Shown here: in pieces, positions 16,199 through 21,395 of the stretch
Layout: the number at the start of each line of letters is the position of its first letter
Position numbering within the stretch: position 1 is the first letter of the stretch
Assembly: GCA_038213805.1 (NCBI GenBank)
Contig: JBBQSO010000087.1
Location: forward strand, 1-21,395
Origin: Planctomycetota bacterium
GTDB taxonomy: Bacteria; Planctomycetota; UBA11346
Direction: 5' to 3'
DNA length: 21,395 nt
Translations under genes and position numbers: made by a program
Notes under the pieces: generated by a model
Told to the model about the DNA's origin: nothing
The model's database searches: none
Seen by the model: only the letters and a program-made list of their open reading frames with translations

Positions 16199-17220
16199 AA
16201 GCGCTGCGCATCGCCGCTCCACGCCAAGCCGAGACCATCGACGTGCCATTGCCGCGGCCGGGCGACGGCGAGGCGCGCGTGCGTGTGGCCTGGCTCGGCT
16301 TGTGCGGCTCCGATCTCAACACATGGCGCGGCGCCAATCCGCTCGTCTCCTACCCGCGCATCCCCGGGCACGAGGTCTCGGGTACGGTCGAGGCGCTCGG
16401 CCCTGGCGTCGAGGGTGTTGCGCTTGGCGACCAGGTATTGGTCGTGCCGTACACCACCTGCGGTACCTGCAGCGCGTGCCGCGTCGGGCGTACCAATTGC
16501 TGTCGTGGCAATCAGACCCTGGGCGTGCAGCGCGAGGGCGCGCTCACCGGAGCGGTGGTGGTGCCGGCGTCCAAGCTGATGCGCGTGCCTGGTCTCGGCC
16601 TGCGCGAGCTGGCCCTGGTCGAGCCGCTGTCGGTCGGATTCCATGCCGCGGCCCGCGCCCACGTCGCCGCCGGTGAGGTGGTGGCGGTGATCGGCTGCGG
16701 CGCGGTCGGCATCGGCGTCGTCGCGGGCGCGGCGGCGCGCGGCGCGCACGTGGTCGTCCTCGATGTCGACCAGCGCAAGCTCGAGCTCGCGAGCCGCTTC
16801 GGCGCGGCCGAGGCGATCGACGTGCGTGGCGCCGACATCGCGCGCATCCTCGCCGGTCTCGCGGGTGGCGAGGGCCCGGTGGTGGCGATCGAGGCCGTGG
16901 GAAACCCCGAGGCCTTCCGTGCCTGTGTCGAATCCGTGGCTTTCGCCGGCCGCGTGGTCTACATCGGCTACGCCAAGGCCCCGGTGACCTACGAGACCAG
17001 GCTCATCGTGCAGAAGGAGCTCGACATACTCGGCTCGCGCAACGCCCTGGGCGAGGACTTCGCGGCTGCGGCGGCGTGGCTGGCCGCCGACCCATCGCGA
17101 GCAGACGCCCTGGTCTCGCACGTCGTGCCCTTCGCCGGAGCCGCTCAGGCCCTGGCCGATTGGGACGCGGCGCCCGGCGCGGTGAGCAAGATCCTGGTCG
17201 ATTGCGCCGACGCCGGCTAG
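16195..17220 (+). CDS. Zn-dependent MDR dehydrogenase, L-galactonate 5-dehydrogenase-like (341 aa)
   Basis: GLCGSD, PRIPGHE, CGTCSAC...C, EPLSVGFHA, GCGAVG and ELDILGSRNA motifs. ATGA overlap with the upstream stop. Confidence 0.88.
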   Translation: MKALRIAAPRQAETIDVPLPRPGDGEARVRVAWLGLCGSDLNTWRGANPLVSYPRIPGHEVSGTVEALGPGVEGVALGDQVLVVPYTTCGTCSACRVGRTNCCRGNQTLGVQREGALTGAVVVPASKLMRVPGLGLRELALVEPLSVGFHAAARAHVAAGEVVAVIGCGAVGIGVVAGAAARGAHVVVLDVDQRKLELASRFGAAEAIDVRGADIARILAGLAGGEGPVVAIEAVGNPEAFRACVESVAFAGRVVYIGYAKAPVTYETRLIVQKELDILGSRNALGEDFAAAAAWLAADPSRADALVSHVVPFAGAAQALADWDAAPGAVSKILVDCADAG

Positions 17221-17223
17221 TTA

Positions 17224-17296
17224 CGTTGTCGACGCCACGACGCCACGGGCGGCCCACCGTCCTATCTCTCAACCGTGGCGCCGTGGCGTGGCAACG
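17224..17296. repeat. Long inverted repeat/hairpin immediately after the dehydrogenase stop
   Basis: Arms ACGCCACGACGCCACGG (17232-17248) and CCGTGGCGCCGTGGCGT (17273-17289) pair at 16/17. The stem extends via CGTTGTC/GGCAACG; 24-nt loop. Confidence 0.75.
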
Positions 17297-17463
17297 GCTC
17301 CGGCCGTGTCGTCGTCCTGAGCGAAGACAGCGACCTGAAGCGCGAGCATCCGTGCTGGAGCGGCCCCATCGTGCTCGTCCGCTGACGGATAGAGTGACGC
17401 TCAGTCCCAGATACTGCGGCCGTAACGGATTGTCGCCCGTTGATCTCGGTGGCACGCTCTGCC

Positions 17464-18537
17464 ATGGCACTTCCCGCCCACCACCGCATCGAGGCCCGCC
17501 TGCGCCGTGACATCCTTGCCGGGCGCCTGGCTCCTGGGATGCGCCTGCCGACTCGGCGCGAGCTACAACTCCTCAACGGTGCCAGCAGCGTGACCGTGCA
17601 GTTGGCCCTTGATGGTCTGGCGGCCGACGGCTTCGTCAGTTCACGTGATCGGCACGGTAGCTTTGTGGCGCTGTATCCACCGCACACTCATCGCTATGGG
17701 CTGGTGCTGGCGCAACTCCCTGGCGAACAACTCCGCAGCGACCTGTACGCGAGCTCGCTGGTGGAGGCCGCGGCGCGGCTGCGCAGGGATGGGCGACGTA
17801 TGGAGCTCTTCCATGCCGTCAGCCAGGATCCCGACCTGCCCGAACACCGCGCCTTGCTCCATGCCATCGAGGTGCGCTCCCTGGCCGGGCTGCTGTTGCC
17901 TGCGCCATGGGTCGCCGAGCGGTGGCTCGATCTCGCAGCCATCGGCCTGCCGCTGGCGGTAACCGCCCCAACCCTGCCCGGGGCACACCTGGCGCGCATC
18001 CTGCTCGACCGCAGGGCTTGGATGGACCGCGCTCTCGATGAGGTGCAGGCCCGCGGCCTTCGATCAGTGGCACTGCTGATTGATGCGAATCAGGATTTCA
18101 CCGGCTCGGTTCTGTATTTCGAGACAGGTGCGCAGCAGCGGGGGCTGAGCTGCATACCGTGGTGGATCATCGCCCTGGATCTGCGCTGGCCTTCCTGGGC
18201 GGGCAGGGCTGCCCTGGGCCTTTTCAATCACCAGCAGCGCGAGCAGCCAGATGCTCTCATCATTGCAGACGACCACCTGGTTGAGTCCGCCACCCGGGCG
18301 CTCGCGGAACAGGGCGGGAGCCAACCGCTCATCATCGGCCATGCCAACCTGCCCATGATCGGTCCCAGCGCTCTTCCCATCCTGCGCCTGGGCTGGGACA
18401 GCGATTCCCTGCTGGCCGCCAGCATCGTCGCTATGGAAACGATCCGTACGACAGGCGCCGCACCCTCCGCCGTGCATGTGCCGCTGGTGCTGGTGGAGGA
18501 TGACCGGGCGCCGCGGCTATCTGTTCCCGGGCGATGA
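17464..18537 (+). CDS. GntR-family HTH regulator fused to a LacI-type periplasmic-binding-like domain (357 aa)
   Basis: LRRDILAGRLAPGMRLPTRREL...SVTVQLALDGLAADGFV...GSFV (GntR wHTH); the C-terminal PDALIIADD motif is LacI-sensor-like. Confidence 0.87.
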   Translation: MALPAHHRIEARLRRDILAGRLAPGMRLPTRRELQLLNGASSVTVQLALDGLAADGFVSSRDRHGSFVALYPPHTHRYGLVLAQLPGEQLRSDLYASSLVEAAARLRRDGRRMELFHAVSQDPDLPEHRALLHAIEVRSLAGLLLPAPWVAERWLDLAAIGLPLAVTAPTLPGAHLARILLDRRAWMDRALDEVQARGLRSVALLIDANQDFTGSVLYFETGAQQRGLSCIPWWIIALDLRWPSWAGRAALGLFNHQQREQPDALIIADDHLVESATRALAEQGGSQPLIIGHANLPMIGPSALPILRLGWDSDSLLAASIVAMETIRTTGAAPSAVHVPLVLVEDDRAPRLSVPGR

Positions 18538-18619
18538 GCCTGTAGTCGAGGACGATCCCATGCGCGGCGCCGTATCACATCGGCGTAAGCGGCAGCGCGG
18601 TAAGATTCCTAACCGCTCC

Positions 18620-18648
18620 TGGTGCTTTCCACCGCAGGGAAAGCACCA
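18620..18648. other. Perfect 11-bp stem-loop
   Basis: TGGTGCTTTCC-ACCGCAG-GGAAAGCACCA, located between a TAAGAT -10-like hexamer (18601) and ATG 18655. Confidence 0.55.
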
Positions 18649-18654
18649 AGATGA

Positions 18655-18929
18655 ATGACCGTTCGACAGGTGAACGCAGTAATCTTTTGGTTGTTACTCT
18701 CCACCGTTGCAACGGCAGCACAGGTCCTCTCCATGATCCACTCCCGTGAGCGGGTCTTGCTGCGCGGTCTTCTACTGGTCGGTGCGGCGCCTTTCGAGAC
18801 GGCCCAACCTGCCATCGACGGCCTGACCACCATGAAGGTCATGCCGTTGAGTGGCTCGATTGCGGCAGACCTGGACGGCAACGTCGGCGGTTACCGCGAC
18901 CAGTTGAAAACCGGCTGGACAATGAAGAC
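18655..18929 (+). pseudogene. Probable 5' fragment of an exported protein interrupted by the terminal IS
   Basis: Signal-peptide-like start (VIFWLLLSTVATAAQ). The frame runs into the IS end at 18930 and stops inside the TIR (18942). Confidence 0.4.
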
Positions 18930-20755
18930 TCAGATCTCCTGACCCCCGGGATTCGGATCGGAGACCATGTGGTATCGTAGGACGAGGTCCGTACCCGGGT
19001 AGACGGTGTCGGTCTGGTCGAGTGTTGTTAGCAGTGTAGCGATGGCCCTTGAGGCCTGTGGGTTGGTGAAGTGGTGGAGGCGAATGGTAAGTGTTTTGGC
19101 CTGCTCATTGACGTCGAGGTCGGCGTCGTGCGTGAAGAGATCCTGGAGCAGCGCACGGGCATCGTCCTTTCTGGCGAGGTGCTGGCGGAGTTCGATCGCG
19201 AGTGCTGTCTCTGCGCGGTAGGCGGCGATTCTGATGGTGTTGAGGAGCTGGGTCCGCGCTGGGGCGATGAAGCGTGGTCGTTTCTCCGGGGGTAGATCGG
19301 CCAGGGCGATGCGCTTGGACGTTGATCGACGTTGGCTCAGCAGCTCATGTCGTTGCTGCTCCAGGTCGTCGAGACGTTGGTCGACAGGCTGGCATTGGAG
19401 GATGTGCTGCGCCACGGCGTCAGCCTCGTTGCTGTCGAGGACGATCCGCCCGCGTTCAGCCCTGGTGGTGCCGATGTCGGCGCGCAGTCGTCGGATGCGG
19501 GCGTCGAGAGCGACATAGGCGGGATTCTTGACTGATTCGCAGCCCGGAGCTTCGGCGGTGGCGTAGCCGGCCAGGCGGTCGATGGCGAGTTCCCGCTCGG
19601 CGTACTTGAAGAAGTTCTCCTGTGCCCATCTGGCGAACATGTGCCCAGCGATGCGCGTCATATCTCCTTGCCTGAGCGTGGTGACGATGGCGGTCTGATG
19701 CGACCGGTCGTCGCAGAGCCGGCGGATCTCGCGCAGGCGCACGGCGGGCTGATCCGTGGTGGCAGCGCAGTCGGCGTGGTCGAGGTCACGCTCGGCCAGC
19801 GGCATGCGCGTGGTGTTGCCGTAGGCGACCGGGACGACGCGCTCGGTGAAGGCCTCGACCGGCCATGCGTCGTAGGCTCCGCGCCGGTAGGTCTGCACGG
19901 CGATGCGGTGCGTGCGCCACAATTCGGCGAAGAAGGCCGGCGACCAGCCCTCGCGATCGAATACCAGGACGAAGCGGTGCCGGTCGGGATCGGCGGCCAG
20001 TTCGGCGTCGCTGGGCTGGCTCGGCACCTCGCGCAGCAGACGCGGGATGATCGTCGTGCGCAGGTAGTGAAGCATGCCCTCGTTGCCCATCGCCGTCACC
20101 ACGAAGAAGGGCGTGCCATGCGTGTCGTTGACCCAGTAGTCCATCAGCGAACGCAGGCAGAGCCGATCACTCGATGAGAAGCGGCGCGGCAGCTCGGTCT
20201 GGTTGCCGGTGTAGGTGCGGACATGGCCGTCGACATACAGAACGCCAGCCAAGGTTTCGTCGAGCCGCATCCAGAAGGCCGAGAGATCCTCGGCCCAGCC
20301 CGACACGGCGGCGGGCTGGGCGAGCGCCTCCAGCTTCTCGCGCAGCGTCTTCACTTCGGGGATGCGGTCCAAGCCGAGCATGCGGCCCCACTCACCCGGC
20401 GGCAGATACCGCACCCGCTCCAGTGACTTCACCCGGGCCAGGGCCAGGAAGGAGAAGAGCAGCAGCAGGGCCGGCAACGGATAGTAGCCCGGCGGCAGCG
20501 CAAAGCGCCGGTCGGCACCGTGGAACAGTCCATTGGCCACCAACGCCGGAATCGCGCAGAGCACGCCGGCGCCCGGAATATCCGCGGCCGACGTGAACAC
20601 CGGCGTGGCCGGTCCCGCCGCTCCCAGAGCAACCAGCGTCCGGCCTGCAACATCGTGGCACGCGGTACCCAGAGCGGCTGCGGCAGCCTGATCGGCTACG
20701 CTGCGCGTCCCCTGGGTCGACGGCGGGATTACCGATGCATCGGCAGATCCCCCTT
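18930..20755 (-). CDS. Putative DDE transposase catalytic ORF (orfB), probably reached by -1 frameshift
   Basis: Motifs GEWGRMLGLDRIPEVKTLREKL, LYVDGH, VFDREG and RWAQENFFK, then a coiled coil. The frame stays open from the GTG at 20600 back to the slippery site near 20750-20756. The stop TGA is the terminal TIR triplet. Confidence 0.8.
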
Positions 20756-21247
20756 TTTCGGCCGGTGCAACCGGCCGTCCTCAAGAGCATTGCGGATCGT
20801 GTCGGCCTTCACGCCTAAGCGGTCCTCAATCGCACGCGGTGGATGACCAGCGTCCAGCAACGACTGCACCTGCGTCAGCCTCTCTCCCTTCAGCACCCGC
20901 GGCACCACCGTCGGCCGCTTCAACACGAAGAACGACCGCGGTCCCTCCCGGCGATACTGCTTCAGAGAACGCTTAACGCTGATCGCCGTCACGCCGAAGG
21001 TACGCTCAACCTCGACCAGCTTGCATTGACCCTTGTCGCACAGCGAACTGGTGAACATCCGAAACGAAGCCACGTCGGACTCGGCATGCGAGAACACCGG
21101 CATGTCGTAGTGGAAGTACCACACCACGCCGTCCCGCTGCACCACCGCAACCCGCTCACCGAGCATCCGGCTTTCTGCGGGGAAGATCGGCACGTGCATC
21201 TGACGCCCGGCAGGCGGCGGATTGGGGGGCGGAGGCGGTGGCGGCAT
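20729..21247 (-). CDS. IS orfA, HTH DNA-binding N-terminal part of the transposase (172 aa)
   Basis: Two HTH-like segments (VEVERTFGVTAISVKRSLKQYR; PRAIEDRLGVKADTIRNAL). A -10-like TACCAT lies 7 nt before ATG 21247. Ends PKKGD at the slippery sequence. Confidence 0.78.
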   Translation of the reverse strand: MPPPPPPPNPPPAGRQMHVPIFPAESRMLGERVAVVQRDGVVWYFHYDMPVFSHAESDVASFRMFTSSLCDKGQCKLVEVERTFGVTAISVKRSLKQYRREGPRSFFVLKRPTVVPRVLKGERLTQVQSLLDAGHPPRAIEDRLGVKADTIRNALEDGRLHRPKKGDLPMHR

Positions 21248-21395
21248 GGCCGAGATGGTAGCGACGCGGAATCCTGTACGAACGACAGGTGGGTAGGCAG
21301 CGGAACTACTCCAGATCCATCAATCTACCGGACTGAACCACTCATTCCGCCGCAGAAACGCGGGGAACGCCGTTCGCCCGGGTCAGGAGGTCTGA

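Larger units (their letters stand above)
18930..21395 (-). mobile_element. Insertion sequence of a poorly characterised family, 2466 bp
   Basis: TIRs TCAGATCTCCTGACCC (18930-18945) and the reverse complement TCAGACCTCCTGACCC (21380-21395) match 15/16. They enclose an HTH ORF and a DDE-like ORF. The target duplication cannot be seen because the window ends at the TIR. Confidence 0.85.

Noticed and set aside
21340..21395. Window end as the 3' tail of a second, inverted transposase copy (...PGQEV*)
   Set aside because: Similarity to the orfB C-terminus is limited to the TIR itself, so it is the element's other end.
1..21395. CRISPR array, tRNA/rRNA, integron attC array, known anti-phage defence genes
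   Set aside because: No regularly spaced repeats, RNA-gene signatures or defence-protein motifs were seen by eye. A covariance-model search was not possible.

Overview
High-GC bacterial window. The ECF/FecR-LamG pair and GntR-sugar-binding regulator styles suggest the PVC superphylum, probably a planctomycete (inference). In order it holds: a lower-GC segment (3' end of an unknown gene plus a secreted protein); a 5'-truncated ECF sigma factor coupled to a FecR-LamG anti-sigma; a Sip1/raffinose-synthase-like GH36 alpha-galactosidase; a ~1940-aa secreted multidomain protein with two esterase-type modules (SGNH and alpha/beta-hydrolase-like) and many Ig/CBM-like modules; a lipoprotein; a complete IS4-family element (16-bp TIRs, 9-bp target duplication) whose transposase is frameshifted by an exact 32-bp tandem duplication; an AraC regulator divergent from an aldo-keto reductase/lactonase/Zn-dehydrogenase operon (L-galactose/L-fucose-type oxidation); a GntR-family regulator; and a 2466-bp insertion sequence reaching the window end. 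That last element is the most novel item: it has TCAGA-ended TIRs and an HTH ORF that can join a DDE-like ORF through a predicted -1 frameshift (A_AAG_GGG plus hairpin). All family calls come from motif recognition by eye; no searches were run.
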